A DNA stretch of 64,000 nt, from positions 22,521 to 86,520 of the forward strand of contig JBDKTL010000017.1 in assembly GCA_039698055.1 (NCBI GenBank), in the 5' to 3' direction. The stretch comes from Methanoregula sp. Its GTDB lineage: Archaea; Halobacteriota; Methanomicrobia; Methanomicrobiales; Methanospirillaceae. The translations under genes were made by a program, and so were the position numbers. A model generated the notes under the pieces. It searched no databases, was not told the DNA's origin, and worked only from the letters and a program-made list of their open reading frames with translations. Positions 51,080 to 61,793 of the stretch are shown here, one piece after another (the stretch's first letter is position 1; the number at the start of each line of letters is the position of its first letter).

Positions 51080-52423
51080 TTATTTGGCCTCTCCTTTGCC
51101 GGGCTCGTTGCCGGCGGGATCGATAGTGCTGACCATGTAATAGCGCTTGATAAACTCCCGGACTTTTTCTGACTCGATCCATCCCATGTCAAGCTGGGTA
51201 ACGATCCGGTCAATTTCACGGGCCTGCAGGATGATCTTATCGGTGATGTCGCCTGGTGCAAGGCTTGAAAGGCCGACAATCACCGCAAGCGGATTTCGTA
51301 TATGATCGCCAAGAATGGCGAACTGTTCGATATTCTTCTCGATCTGCTCCAGTGCATTTCGTTTCACGACTTCCATCTGTTTGCGATCGGTGATGTCGAT
51401 GAATGATGCCATAATACAGATGGATTTTCCTTTTTCGTCCCTGACAAGGTTTACCCAGAGCAGGACGGGAAACGTCGACAGGTCTGATTTTTTTAAGATG
51501 CTCTCCCCAAACCAGCTTCCGTTTGCCTCCAGTTCTTTGCGGATGATATCTATACCATTCTGTACGGCAATGAACGGTCGTATATTCTTTCCGATTAATC
51601 CCTGCTCGTCAGCAAAACCCATCATTCCCACAAGAGAGTGGTTTACATACGTTATATTGAAATCGAGATTGAAAATGCAGATCGCATTGATGGAGGAACT
51701 GATCGCATGATCCCTGATCAGCAGGGATTCCTCTGCTTTTTTACGGTCGGTAATGTCAACGATAGTACAGACGAACTGGTTTTCCGGCAGCATCCCTGCT
51801 GAGAGAAGAACCCACCGGTATGCTCCGGATTTTGCCCGGAACCGGGTTTCAACATTTTCTACATTTCCCTGTGTTCGGAGTTCCCGAAAAAACCGGTCCT
51901 TATCCGTGGGTTCGACCCATATTTCCGAGAATGGAATCGAAGAGATTTCCACCGGCAGGTATTCGAGGATACCGGCAAACCGGGTGTTCACTTCCTTTAT
52001 TGAAAGATCCAAGAGACTTACAAGGCCGATGCCTGCTTCAGAATGTTTGAAGATGCCCCGGTATTTGATCTCACTTTTACGCATATGGGATGCAAGGCTG
52101 GATACAACAGCGGCGACGCCAAGCAGCACAAAACAGGTAATGCATGCCGCTGCGAGCTGGTCCATCACTCCACCGGTGATGAGGTATACCAGAATGATAT
52201 AGATGGACGATACGATGCCTGCGTACAGGATTCCCCGGTGGGGATACCAGTATGCAGCGATGACGATGGGGATATACAGGAGGTGGGGTGCGACAGCATT
52301 GGTGCCGTAATGGAGACTGAGGATATTGATAAGGAGGGCAAGAATTGTGGTATTAACGACAATAAAAAGCCAGAAATCAACAAAACTTTCTTCCAGATCG
52401 GAGAATAATCTGCCTTTTTCCAT
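51080..52423 (-). CDS. Membrane PAS protein ending in a HisKA-like helix pair, no ATPase domain
   Basis: About 4 TMs, two PAS domains (DITDRK) and GDHIRNPL. Confidence 0.85.
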   Translation of the reverse strand: MEKGRLFSDLEESFVDFWLFIVVNTTILALLINILSLHYGTNAVAPHLLYIPIVIAAYWYPHRGILYAGIVSSIYIILVYLITGGVMDQLAAACITCFVLLGVAAVVSSLASHMRKSEIKYRGIFKHSEAGIGLVSLLDLSIKEVNTRFAGILEYLPVEISSIPFSEIWVEPTDKDRFFRELRTQGNVENVETRFRAKSGAYRWVLLSAGMLPENQFVCTIVDITDRKKAEESLLIRDHAISSSINAICIFNLDFNITYVNHSLVGMMGFADEQGLIGKNIRPFIAVQNGIDIIRKELEANGSWFGESILKKSDLSTFPVLLWVNLVRDEKGKSICIMASFIDITDRKQMEVVKRNALEQIEKNIEQFAILGDHIRNPLAVIVGLSSLAPGDITDKIILQAREIDRIVTQLDMGWIESEKVREFIKRYYMVSTIDPAGNEPGKGEAK

Positions 52424-53135
52424 CCCGTTGCCTCTTTAATCGAAACGATTGGTAAACCGGCACGAGGCAGACGCGTGTGTCCTCTTCGTGTATGAAACTT
52501 AATTGTACAAATCCTTATTAATAGTTTTTGTTTCTCTCCCTTTAAAAAAATTAAAGATACGGCCTGATATTGGGAGATAAACTAAAATGCTCAATTATTT
52601 GTTGGTGCCGGCTTAAGTTGCAGAGATCTTGACAAAAAACACACATACTGCCGGTATGTGCCGCCATTACCCATTGAAATTTTTTAACTAACGTATCTCT
52701 TTTTTTCGCGAACGATAATTTGTCATGTATTTTTATTGTAATAAATTCCTGAATACCTGTTTTTAAAAACCCGGTTAGCGTCGATGCCCTTTAAACAGGA
52801 TTGCTCAATGTTTCACCATGGTTTTATAAATATCCGAAAAAAAATTTTACTTTGTTTTTTATTTTGAGGAATAAAAAATTGCTATTCTTTTAGAGTTCCG
52901 ACAAAATGACAGGAGCGATTGTATTTTCTCATGCATACCACAAGAGCAAATATTTACCTGTCCACATTTCCTGGCGTTCAAACCATCAGCACGTCATTTA
53001 CGGGTAGCATGCAGGACTAAATCCGGTATGGGCTGATACCGGTAAAAGTGTACCTTTAACCAAATGGTCAGGAAAAATATGAGCTGCAATCCATTGTCGG
53101 CCCGGACCCTGAAATTTTTTATTTTATTTTCTGCC

Positions 53136-54065
53136 TCACAACAGCCGGATGAGATTCTCCCTGCCTTTTTTTATCTTCTGGATGAGTCCCCGTGCGTGAA
53201 GATTGTTAAGCGCCGCACTTATGCTTGACTTGGGCAATCCCAGATCTTTTACTATCCCGGACTGGTACATCTCGCCGCCATGTGACCTGACAATCTGAAG
53301 TATCTTCTCGTTAATGCTGAGTATTTCCGCTTCCGAGAGTGATGGTGCATCAGGAGCCGGGGCAATTTCCGGTATATGATTTTTACGGATACGATACATG
53401 ATCCCTGCTGAAACTGCACCAGCGGCAATGACCAGAATAACAGCAAATATCCATGATACCGGTATGGATGTGCGCTCAAAAACGATACCGGGTTCACCGG
53501 CGCTAAAGGATCGAAGACCGTACCAGGTGAGCCCGTTATAGGTCTGGTCAGGTTCCGGTTGGACAGTTTTCACCATGTAACCCTCAGGGGCATGGATAAT
53601 CAGGGTCGCCTCTTTTGGCAGGTACATTCCCCCGGCAAATGCATCCCCTACCAAGATATCAGAACCGGGCCGGGCAAATCCCATCCAGGTGAAGGTATAC
53701 CGGATAATCCCATATCTTCCCGTCGGAGCTGTCTGGATATTGCCAGTGCCGGAAAAATTATTGATTGCCATATACCGTGTTGTGGCTGCCGCTGCCTGTG
53801 AAGCGGAATGTTCCATGATCTCCTGTAACTGTGGGAGGTACACCGTATCGATCTGGCGCGTGTATTCATTGAATGTGGTGATATCTTCATCAGTGACAAG
53901 AAGGGTCCGGTAATCGACCTGCCATGAGGCCGAACCGTCATCCTGCAGCGAAATGGTGTACGTGATGGTGTAGGCTGGGTCGGGTGTAGCAGTAACGGGG
54001 GCAGCTATGATGCAGAGAAGGATACCGGTGAAAATGAGGAGAATACCCGTGGTTTTTATCTTCAT
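53136..54065 (-). CDS. Membrane-tethered wHTH protein with extracellular domain
   Basis: Signal peptide, TM and C-terminal MYQSGIV..LGLPKSSIS..L..RGLIQK.KKGREN. Confidence 0.82.
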   Translation of the reverse strand: MKIKTTGILLIFTGILLCIIAAPVTATPDPAYTITYTISLQDDGSASWQVDYRTLLVTDEDITTFNEYTRQIDTVYLPQLQEIMEHSASQAAAATTRYMAINNFSGTGNIQTAPTGRYGIIRYTFTWMGFARPGSDILVGDAFAGGMYLPKEATLIIHAPEGYMVKTVQPEPDQTYNGLTWYGLRSFSAGEPGIVFERTSIPVSWIFAVILVIAAGAVSAGIMYRIRKNHIPEIAPAPDAPSLSEAEILSINEKILQIVRSHGGEMYQSGIVKDLGLPKSSISAALNNLHARGLIQKIKKGRENLIRLL

Positions 54066-54157
54066 TGTTGTACGCCTTCCTGGTGACTGTTTTTTGTCCG
54101 ATTATAAAAATAACAAGGTTAATAGTTTCCGTTTCACGATCGTTCACGAATTATTGA

Positions 54158-55117
54158 TTATGTATTGCGGCTTTTACCATTGTCGTTTCCCTTCGGATTG
54201 TCCTGGTTCATATTATTCCTGTTCTGGTTGCCACTGGAATCCGATAATTTCTGTGTTTGTTGCGGTGAAACCGTTATATCATTTTTTTGTTCCTGATCCT
54301 GTGTCTGTTTTGTTATTTCGCCATGCCCCTGAGGTATACGTTGTGTTTGGTTACCCTGTACCTGCACGTTCTGCCGGGTCTGCTCCTTGATTTCAGTCTG
54401 ATTACCAGCACCGGTACCATCACGGTTCTGGTACTCAGTTTCCTGCCGGATGGTATTTATTGTGGTCTTTTCGTTCCGGTCCATATTCCGCAGGGTATTC
54501 ATGAGAGTCTTTTCCTCGAATTTCTGTTCCAGGAGCCGGCTGTTATTATATGCGCGTATCAGTCCCGTATTATTCGGGTGCGATAGCTTGAGACCGGCAA
54601 GCACGGTCTGGTGTTGAACGATCATTTCCTGCGCACGGAGAAGATCAGTCGGGTTTGCGTCAAAGGGAGCGAGGGTTTCCTGTGTCTGGTCGAGTTTCTG
54701 CCAGTAGAGATCGAGTGCCTCATCTGCCCTGTCCGATCGGTTCAGTGCGAGTTCACGAATTGTCTCCCGAATGCGCAGCTGAGCATGATCCATCTGCTTG
54801 TTCAACCGCTCGGTCTGGTTAAAGGTAAAGGTCTCATCAAGATTTTCCATGGCGATCTCAAACCCGTACATCGCACTGCCGGGACCGTTTGGGCCGTCAT
54901 AAGGGGTAAGATTGCCGTTTATGTTCATGGTGCCAAAGACCGGTTGAGGTGCAATGAGGATGGTATCATCTCCTGCAGCATCTGCCGGAACAACTATCGT
55001 CACCGTTGCGGTCGTGTTTTCACCGGGTATATTTTCATCTGACGCTGCACAAAGCCCGACAACCATGATCAGGCTCATGAAAAGGAATACGGCCAACCGG
55101 ATTTTTCTGTGAATCAT
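54158..55117 (-). CDS. Secreted helical protein (DUF5667-like) with Q/N-rich tail
   Basis: Signal peptide and GPGSAMYG.EIAMENLDE motif. Confidence 0.7.
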   Translation of the reverse strand: MIHRKIRLAVFLFMSLIMVVGLCAASDENIPGENTTATVTIVVPADAAGDDTILIAPQPVFGTMNINGNLTPYDGPNGPGSAMYGFEIAMENLDETFTFNQTERLNKQMDHAQLRIRETIRELALNRSDRADEALDLYWQKLDQTQETLAPFDANPTDLLRAQEMIVQHQTVLAGLKLSHPNNTGLIRAYNNSRLLEQKFEEKTLMNTLRNMDRNEKTTINTIRQETEYQNRDGTGAGNQTEIKEQTRQNVQVQGNQTQRIPQGHGEITKQTQDQEQKNDITVSPQQTQKLSDSSGNQNRNNMNQDNPKGNDNGKSRNT

Positions 55118-55432
55118 TTTTCTCAAAAACTCCTTTTAGATCAATTGCTTCTGGTATGAGCGTGGATGTTTTTGGGAAATAAGGGTCGTTACTGTTCGTG
55201 TGGTTAAGCGATTGTCCGTATGTTTTTTAATCTGCTGTAAATTGTCCAGTATGGTTCAGAATTTAAAACCGGGCGTGAATTGAGTTAAAAAAAATTGTGA
55301 TAAATGCCTGGTGGAAATGGTTGGTTTTACCGGAAATTTGTTTTTTTTAAGCGCTAAAAAAAACTGCTTGCAACTGCTGAGTCCAGGGTCCTGTGCGATG
55401 AAAATTTCCTGACGTCTCGATGGTTTTTTTAC

Positions 55433-55709
55433 AAGATATTCTACTTCATAACTGATGTCATTGATGGGGACAAACTCCCCCCATACCCCGGTTACATTGA
55501 GTCCCGCCGCTTCCGAAGGGATGCCTCCGCGGGGGGGTTTAACCTGAACGGTCGCTCTATGAGAAGAACATCCTCAATCCTGTTGTATATGAAAAACCGT
55601 CCCGCCCAGCGAGGGGTTGACGCGACTGATCAGGTGACCCTATCAAGGGTGGGATATTAAAAAAAATCCAACGCTTTCAGACATCAGCGATTGATGAAAA
55701 AAAATAGTT
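55433..55709. repeat. Structured dispersed repeat, copy 2, with imperfect terminal inverted repeats
   Basis: Homologous to 17-270; CTGATGTC (55452-55459) and GACATCAG (55680-55687), plus TTCAT/ATGAA. Confidence 0.75.
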
Positions 55710-55885
55710 CATAAATCCCTGACGGCATTAAAAAAAATTAGGTTTTATGACGCAGGTTTCTGAACCTGTCTTTTTGCTGTTTAAATGTTTCAAACCTTTT
55801 TTGTGATATCTTCCTATGACCATTCTGCGGACGGGCACAAAAATAAAAACCGTGACCGCCTTTTTTTACCGGAAAACAGGTAATA

Positions 55886-58354
55886 TTATCCAAATCCCCA
55901 CTGTGCCAGTGTCGTGTGAGAGGGATCGATATCGGTCCATGTCCAGCCGAGCGCTTCGATAATGCGGGAGATGGGCTGTTCGATGGTCTTTTCAAGCATC
56001 AGTTCCCAGTCCACGATAAATTCTTTTGGCACCTGGTCGCCATACTCAAAACAGAGCACATCGGTCTTGGGATATTTCGAGGTTACGGTCTTGATGTAGA
56101 TGCGTTTTGGCTTGCTTCCCTTGCCAAATTCCGTGTGCAGGTGCTGGTTTGCGTACCGTGCGCCCCGCACCTGTGCATCATCCGTCTCGTAATCATCAAG
56201 AGATTTTCCAATGCCGCCCGGAATACCGATTTCGTCAAGCGTGTATTTACCCGCCCGGTATTTTGTGATGATATCGCCAAGGTACGCCTTAATTTCCGGG
56301 TAGCCTGTTCCGGCAAGGATCATTTCCATAACCCGTGTCTGCACGACTTTTGTGATCTGCGGGGTATCTGACCGGCGGATCTCAAACCCGACAATATCGA
56401 TCTGGTTGACCTCTTTACCCTCTTTCCAGACGAGCTGACCGGCATACCGTTTCTTTTTCCCGGCCTGGAAAAACCGTGCATAAATTTTTTCAAACTTGAT
56501 GGAGAAGAAGTGCGTGTCGGCATTGAGCTCACGCTTGGCAAATTCCTGGTAACTCCCGTTCAGTTTTTTTTCAATCGCCCGGGCTGTTTCAATTGTCTTT
56601 TCAATCGAGAGCGGCGGGAGATGAACCATGCAGGAATCCGTATCGCCGTAAATTACAGTATACCCCTGCTGTTCGATGATCTTACGGGTATGCTCAATGA
56701 TCGCTCTTCCTACAGACGTTACTGCTGCCCCGATCTCCCGGTCAAACAGCCGGAACCGGGTGTATCCCGATACACCATAGTAGGTGTTCATAATCACCTT
56801 GAGCACGTTCTGTTGCATATCGTAGGTGACATATTGCGGCGAACCGAACGGGAACGAATTCCGCAACGCTTTCTTCTCGTCGCGTTCTTTTAAGAGCTCG
56901 GATAAGATGCTCCGTGTCAGCCCATCCGGTTGTTTCCTGAACCGGATACCGTTTGGCGCGACCAGTTCCCCGTTTGGATCCTTTGTTTCAGGTGAGGCAT
57001 TGATGGTCATCATCGCCATCGGGTAGAGGGATTTGAGGTCGAGTACAATCACGTTCTCGCGGACACCCTTGCTTGGCTCAAAGACCGTTGCGCCTTCAAA
57101 CTCCTCTGCGTTTGCAAACCCTTTTGACGGGAGGACATATTTCCCATGGGCTTTCCTGAGGATGTAGACATCGACAATACTGGAGGAATTGAGCGTTTTA
57201 TCGAGCGGGCAGCCAACATAGCGGGCAATTTCCCGGTAAAATTCGATAATGTTGTCTTTTTTATTGATGCCAACGCAGAGTTCCACATCCTTGAAGTTGT
57301 ACTCGACAAGAAGGGCGGGCTGTTTTTTCCAGAGATCCGAGATCGTTCCCGTGTACCGCACCTTGCGCTCGCCAAGTTCCTCTTCGGCAATCGCATCAAG
57401 CCGGTACGACTCTTTTAACGAGGAATGCATCTTTTTGTAGGCAGACAACAGATCAAAAACCGCTCGTCCCCGCAGGGCACTGCGTTCGGTCATTCCCGGC
57501 AGCCGTGCAAGAATGACCGGGGATATGCCGAGTTTGTCCATCCTGCCGGTGATATAGGGGATATCGAAATCGATAAAGTTCCAGCCGGAGAGAACATCCG
57601 GGTCCCTAGCGGCGATATATGCGGCAAAGGCCCTGAGCATCGCGGTCTCGTCTGCATACGTACAGATCGTATGGGTGCCTTTTTGGAAACAACCGTTCAC
57701 GAGCCCGCCGTTTTTCTCCTGTGTCCTGATATCTGCCGGTGTCTCTGTGCCGCCAAGCAGGAACGTCATATAATCGTTTTCAAATGAATCCCAGCTGGTG
57801 ATACAGATGATTGCATCCCGCCCGGTATCGGGAAAACCCCGTTCATCCTCGCATTCGATATCGACCATGCACACCCGTGCAGGTGCATCCACTTCAGTAG
57901 GCACCAGCGCGTGATAATCGACGGTTGTTGCAGGCATCGATACTGCCCCGGTAAGCCCGGTATCGATCATGAACCGTGTCGCAAACGGGATATCGGCTTC
58001 AAAATGCCGGTACCGGTCCCGCACATCCCGCACATCGCCCGGGCGTTCGGTGTACAGGCGGCTGAGCGGATCGCCCCGTATCGAGCGGTATATCGTACCG
58101 GGTTCGATAGTTACCTGCGAAGGAGGGGTAGTTCCCATGGCCTGGTCTGCCGGAACATAGAAGTATGGCCGGAAACCGGTTACATCGATCCGGAGCGCAT
58201 CGCCTTTTGCAGTCCTCCCAAAGATATGGATAACCGGGCCGCCGGGAGAATTACTGTACTCCACCTGGTTAATCGCAACGGCAATATCGTTTGTATCCTC
58301 CTGCGTGCAGGGTTTAATCATACAATTGTTGGTGAGAAGTGCCTGCGTCGTCAT
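55886..58354 (-). CDS. polB: Family B DNA polymerase
   Basis: Exonuclease motifs DIEC and GWNF..FDIPY; polymerase motifs DLKSLYP, KVIMNTYYG and YGDTDS; no intein seen. Confidence 0.96.
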   Translation of the reverse strand: MTTQALLTNNCMIKPCTQEDTNDIAVAINQVEYSNSPGGPVIHIFGRTAKGDALRIDVTGFRPYFYVPADQAMGTTPPSQVTIEPGTIYRSIRGDPLSRLYTERPGDVRDVRDRYRHFEADIPFATRFMIDTGLTGAVSMPATTVDYHALVPTEVDAPARVCMVDIECEDERGFPDTGRDAIICITSWDSFENDYMTFLLGGTETPADIRTQEKNGGLVNGCFQKGTHTICTYADETAMLRAFAAYIAARDPDVLSGWNFIDFDIPYITGRMDKLGISPVILARLPGMTERSALRGRAVFDLLSAYKKMHSSLKESYRLDAIAEEELGERKVRYTGTISDLWKKQPALLVEYNFKDVELCVGINKKDNIIEFYREIARYVGCPLDKTLNSSSIVDVYILRKAHGKYVLPSKGFANAEEFEGATVFEPSKGVRENVIVLDLKSLYPMAMMTINASPETKDPNGELVAPNGIRFRKQPDGLTRSILSELLKERDEKKALRNSFPFGSPQYVTYDMQQNVLKVIMNTYYGVSGYTRFRLFDREIGAAVTSVGRAIIEHTRKIIEQQGYTVIYGDTDSCMVHLPPLSIEKTIETARAIEKKLNGSYQEFAKRELNADTHFFSIKFEKIYARFFQAGKKKRYAGQLVWKEGKEVNQIDIVGFEIRRSDTPQITKVVQTRVMEMILAGTGYPEIKAYLGDIITKYRAGKYTLDEIGIPGGIGKSLDDYETDDAQVRGARYANQHLHTEFGKGSKPKRIYIKTVTSKYPKTDVLCFEYGDQVPKEFIVDWELMLEKTIEQPISRIIEALGWTWTDIDPSHTTLAQWGFG

Positions 58355-59223
58355 ATCAGGGCCCCGCTCTTATGGGTCAGCTCCGCAACAAACCGGCCTG
58401 CCTCTGACATTTTTTCATGCTCCCAGGTATCAAGCGGCCATTCCTGAATTTCGCGAATGCCTTCCCGGTCAATGCGCACAGGCATGCCAAGCGAACATCC
58501 GTGTAGACCGTATTCCCCGTCAGGAATCGTGGAGCAGACTAAAAGTTCCGGCGTGTCTGAAAGGATGATCCGGATAAGATGGATAAGATGGAACGCCGGA
58601 CCAAAAACCGTGCCGCCTTTTCCCCTGATTACTTCCATGCTCGCGTTACGGAGTTCGTGCAAAATTTCTTCCCGTGTCGTTGTATCAATGTTCCGGGATA
58701 ACGTGGAGAAGATGGGTACCTGGTGCTCGCCATGCTCGCCAAGTACAAAAGGAGTGCCGGTAATCCCCCGTTTTTTGAGGGCAAGACCAAACCGGGCACT
58801 GTCCAGCTGCCCGCCAAACCCGATGCACCGCTCGCGGGGGATGCCAGATTTTGTGTAAAGAATATAATTGTTGATATCCATGGGGTTCGTGACCGTGATC
58901 AGGACCCCGGAAAAATTCTTCAGCAGCCCGGCACATTCGTGGTTTGCCTTCAGGTTAGCTGAAAGCAGATCGGCACGGGTTCTGACCGTGGGATTGCGGG
59001 GCATCCCTGCAGAAAATATGCAGATATCGGCATCGCGGATATCCTTTTCATCCGTGCTGATTGCTACATCGAGACCTGTGTGTATGAGATCGAGCACCTG
59101 CGCCATGAGGAGTTCTGTGGCATTGTCATAGAGCACCAGTTCATCGGCAATGCCCATCGATGCTGCAAGGTACGCGACTTCGCCGCCGATCCTCCCGACT
59201 CCCATAACTGCAAGGCGCACCAT
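58351..59223 (-). CDS. mdh: Malate/lactate dehydrogenase family protein
   Basis: GVGRIG, AGMPR..TRADL, TNPMD, LDSARF and GEHG motifs. Confidence 0.88.
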   Translation of the reverse strand: MVRLAVMGVGRIGGEVAYLAASMGIADELVLYDNATELLMAQVLDLIHTGLDVAISTDEKDIRDADICIFSAGMPRNPTVRTRADLLSANLKANHECAGLLKNFSGVLITVTNPMDINNYILYTKSGIPRERCIGFGGQLDSARFGLALKKRGITGTPFVLGEHGEHQVPIFSTLSRNIDTTTREEILHELRNASMEVIRGKGGTVFGPAFHLIHLIRIILSDTPELLVCSTIPDGEYGLHGCSLGMPVRIDREGIREIQEWPLDTWEHEKMSEAGRFVAELTHKSGALI

Positions 59224-59535
59224 CTGGTACCAATATGGGTATGCTAGTAATAAAAATGACCCGGGGAGCCGGTGAAAAGAAATAAAAAATTCAGGTATAT
59301 TATTCCCTTTGCTGCGAACCGGCAATGAAATCGCAGGAAAAAACAGGGATATCTTTTACGTCCGGAATACCGATTGAAAAACATGAGATTCACTCGCCAG
59401 AATTCAACTATAACTTTTTATAATATACCGTAGTTCAAATCCTATCACAGTACTATCGGAATTTGTCGGGCAGACCATGATTTTTAAAAAAAAATTTTTT
59501 TGCGATGGCTGTTTCTGTGGTACAAAGGGAGTTGT

Positions 59536-61227
59536 ATGATGGGCAGCAAAAGTATAGGGAAAAAACGTACGGGGTTTAATCCCCGCACCGTACTGATTTT
59601 TATCTTTGTGGGTATGTTTGTCATAGTCAGCGTGTTTGAACTTTTCCGGGATATTTTCCTTCCTTATGTGGGGATTGGGCAGGTATCAGTTCTCACGATC
59701 ATTGTGGTGAGTGCCAGTGCAGTGTTCATCGCGTCTTTTCCGATACGGTCTCTCCATAATGCGGAATCCCGGCTGGACACACTCATGAATGGCTCCCCGG
59801 CCCCGCAGTTTGTGATCGATGCCGATCACCGGGTTATTCTCTGGAACCGGGCTCTTGAGATCTCAACCGGAATCAAAGGGTCAGATGTTATGGGCAGCAC
59901 ACATCCATGGTATGCATTATATGGTGGAGAACGTCCGACTCTTGCCGATCTTCTTGTTGATGGGAAGGTTGAACAACTTCCTGCGTATTACAAGGGCAAA
60001 ATTACCAAATCAAAGATTATGGATGGATCCTATGAAGTGGTCGATTTTTTCCCCAATATCGGAAAAGATGGAAGTTGGTTCTACCTGACCGCTTCACCGG
60101 TACGGGACGAGAAGGGTACCCTTCTTGGGGCGGTTGAAACATTTATCGATGTGACCGATCGTGTGCGTGCCGAGGAGGCCCTTGAAGCAAACAGGTCCCT
60201 GATGGAAGATTCGATGGAACTGGCACATATGGCATACTGGGATCTCGATGTTACGGCCGGGATGCTGGTCTTAAACGATCGGTTCTATTCACTCTACGGC
60301 ACGACAGCGGAACATGAAGGTGGATATCGGATACCGGCGCAGGATTATGTCAAAAAATTTGTCCACCCTGATGATGCCGGGATTATTCAGTCAAAACTGT
60401 CAGAATCCATGGCAAACGAGGGTTCGGGAACGATCTCTGAACTGGAGCACCGGATTATCCGCAGGGACGGCAAGATCCGGTATATCCGTTCCTTTGTCCG
60501 TACGACCCGGGACGAAACGGGTCGCATATTGCGGTCTCATGGAGCAAACCAGGATATTACCGAGCGCAAACAGGCAGAAGAGGCGCTCATCCTTTCCGAA
60601 CGGACCTATCACTCCTATATCGATAACTCCCCGCAGGGACTCTTCGTTGTGGATGAGACAGGACATTACCTTGATGTCAACCGTGCCGCGTGTATACTTC
60701 TCGGGTATTCCCGTGAAGAGATGCTCTCCATGAACATCCTCGATCTTGCGGCTCCAGAAGAAAGACAACAAAGACTGGACCAGTTCACCGGTATACTGGA
60801 GAAATTAAAAACAGAACCTTCTGTCAGTTTTGAAATAAACTTAAAAAAGAAGGACGGAATTGCATGTCCGGTTATCCTGAGCGTAGTAAAACTTCCCAAT
60901 GATACGATCATGGGATTTACGCTCGACATCACCGAGCGTAAACTGGCAGAAGAGGCGTTGAAGGAGAGCGAGGAAGGTTTCCTCACCTTTATCAAGGAAG
61001 CCTCCATGCGTCTGAAAAATCCTCTTGAAGTGGTGGAAGGAAACCTTGGATCGGTAATTGGCGATATTGACCGGGGCGAAATGATCAGCCCGGACATTAC
61101 CCTCCAGCTCCATCTCCAGATAAAGAATCTGGAGCAGATAAGGAATAACATCATCGAGCTGAATAAGGCAATTGTCGATCGTTCGGGAGAGATCTCGGAT
61201 GCATCCAGGAAATTTTTAACAGAATAG
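59536..61227 (+). CDS. Membrane multi-PAS protein with degenerate (His-less) HisKA-like end
   Basis: Two TMs, three PAS domains, SMRLKNPL and no HATPase domain. Confidence 0.85.
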   Translation: MMGSKSIGKKRTGFNPRTVLIFIFVGMFVIVSVFELFRDIFLPYVGIGQVSVLTIIVVSASAVFIASFPIRSLHNAESRLDTLMNGSPAPQFVIDADHRVILWNRALEISTGIKGSDVMGSTHPWYALYGGERPTLADLLVDGKVEQLPAYYKGKITKSKIMDGSYEVVDFFPNIGKDGSWFYLTASPVRDEKGTLLGAVETFIDVTDRVRAEEALEANRSLMEDSMELAHMAYWDLDVTAGMLVLNDRFYSLYGTTAEHEGGYRIPAQDYVKKFVHPDDAGIIQSKLSESMANEGSGTISELEHRIIRRDGKIRYIRSFVRTTRDETGRILRSHGANQDITERKQAEEALILSERTYHSYIDNSPQGLFVVDETGHYLDVNRAACILLGYSREEMLSMNILDLAAPEERQQRLDQFTGILEKLKTEPSVSFEINLKKKDGIACPVILSVVKLPNDTIMGFTLDITERKLAEEALKESEEGFLTFIKEASMRLKNPLEVVEGNLGSVIGDIDRGEMISPDITLQLHLQIKNLEQIRNNIIELNKAIVDRSGEISDASRKFLTE

Positions 61228-61238
61228 GGTGATTGTGC

Positions 61239-61793
61239 ATGGTAATTTCCCCCATTGAAATAAAAAATGAGGCCCTGTATCTTATCATGTCCTCAGCTGC
61301 ACGGATGCGGGAGGCAAATATCGATTTGATCCGGATGCTTTTAACACAGGATTATTATGTGCTCGTGGTAACGGCAAACCAACCTTACGATATCTTAAAA
61401 AAGAACTATGAACGGGAAGGGATCCCGATGGATAAGATATTTGTTGTCGATACCGTTACCAAATATGCGATTGGGCGCGATCACGAGCCGGTGCCAAACT
61501 GCCGGTTCGTCAGCAACCCGTCAGATCTTACGGATCTGGGGATTGCCATTACAGAACTCTTAAGCAATCACAAGGAGAAAAAGATCACCCTGCTCTTTGA
61601 TTCGGTCAATGCGATGCTGATCTACATCTCGTCCCAGAATATTACCCGGTTCATTCACTTTGTGACAAATAAACTGAGGCTGATGAATTTTGCCGGGGTT
61701 TTTCTTGCCGTGGAAAAGGGGCTTGACCCGGACCTGCTTATCCAGCTTACGACATTTGTGGATCAGGTCATTGACGTAGATGCACAGGTATGA
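61239..61793 (+). CDS. KaiC/RecA-like inactive ATPase-fold protein (DUF7504/DUF835-like)
   Basis: FVVDTVT, PSDLTDLGIAI and LLFDSVNAMLIY motifs; no Walker A. Confidence 0.75.
   Translation: MVISPIEIKNEALYLIMSSAARMREANIDLIRMLLTQDYYVLVVTANQPYDILKKNYEREGIPMDKIFVVDTVTKYAIGRDHEPVPNCRFVSNPSDLTDLGIAITELLSNHKEKKITLLFDSVNAMLIYISSQNITRFIHFVTNKLRLMNFAGVFLAVEKGLDPDLLIQLTTFVDQVIDVDAQV

Noticed and set aside
52424-53135. 700-bp AT-rich intergenic region as a replication origin
   Set aside because: No clear repeated ORB motif and no cdc6/orc1 gene in the window.
55886-58354. PolB as a casposon or viral polymerase, or intein-containing
   Set aside because: Normal length, coupled to mdh by an ATGA overlap, no cas1 and no intein motifs.
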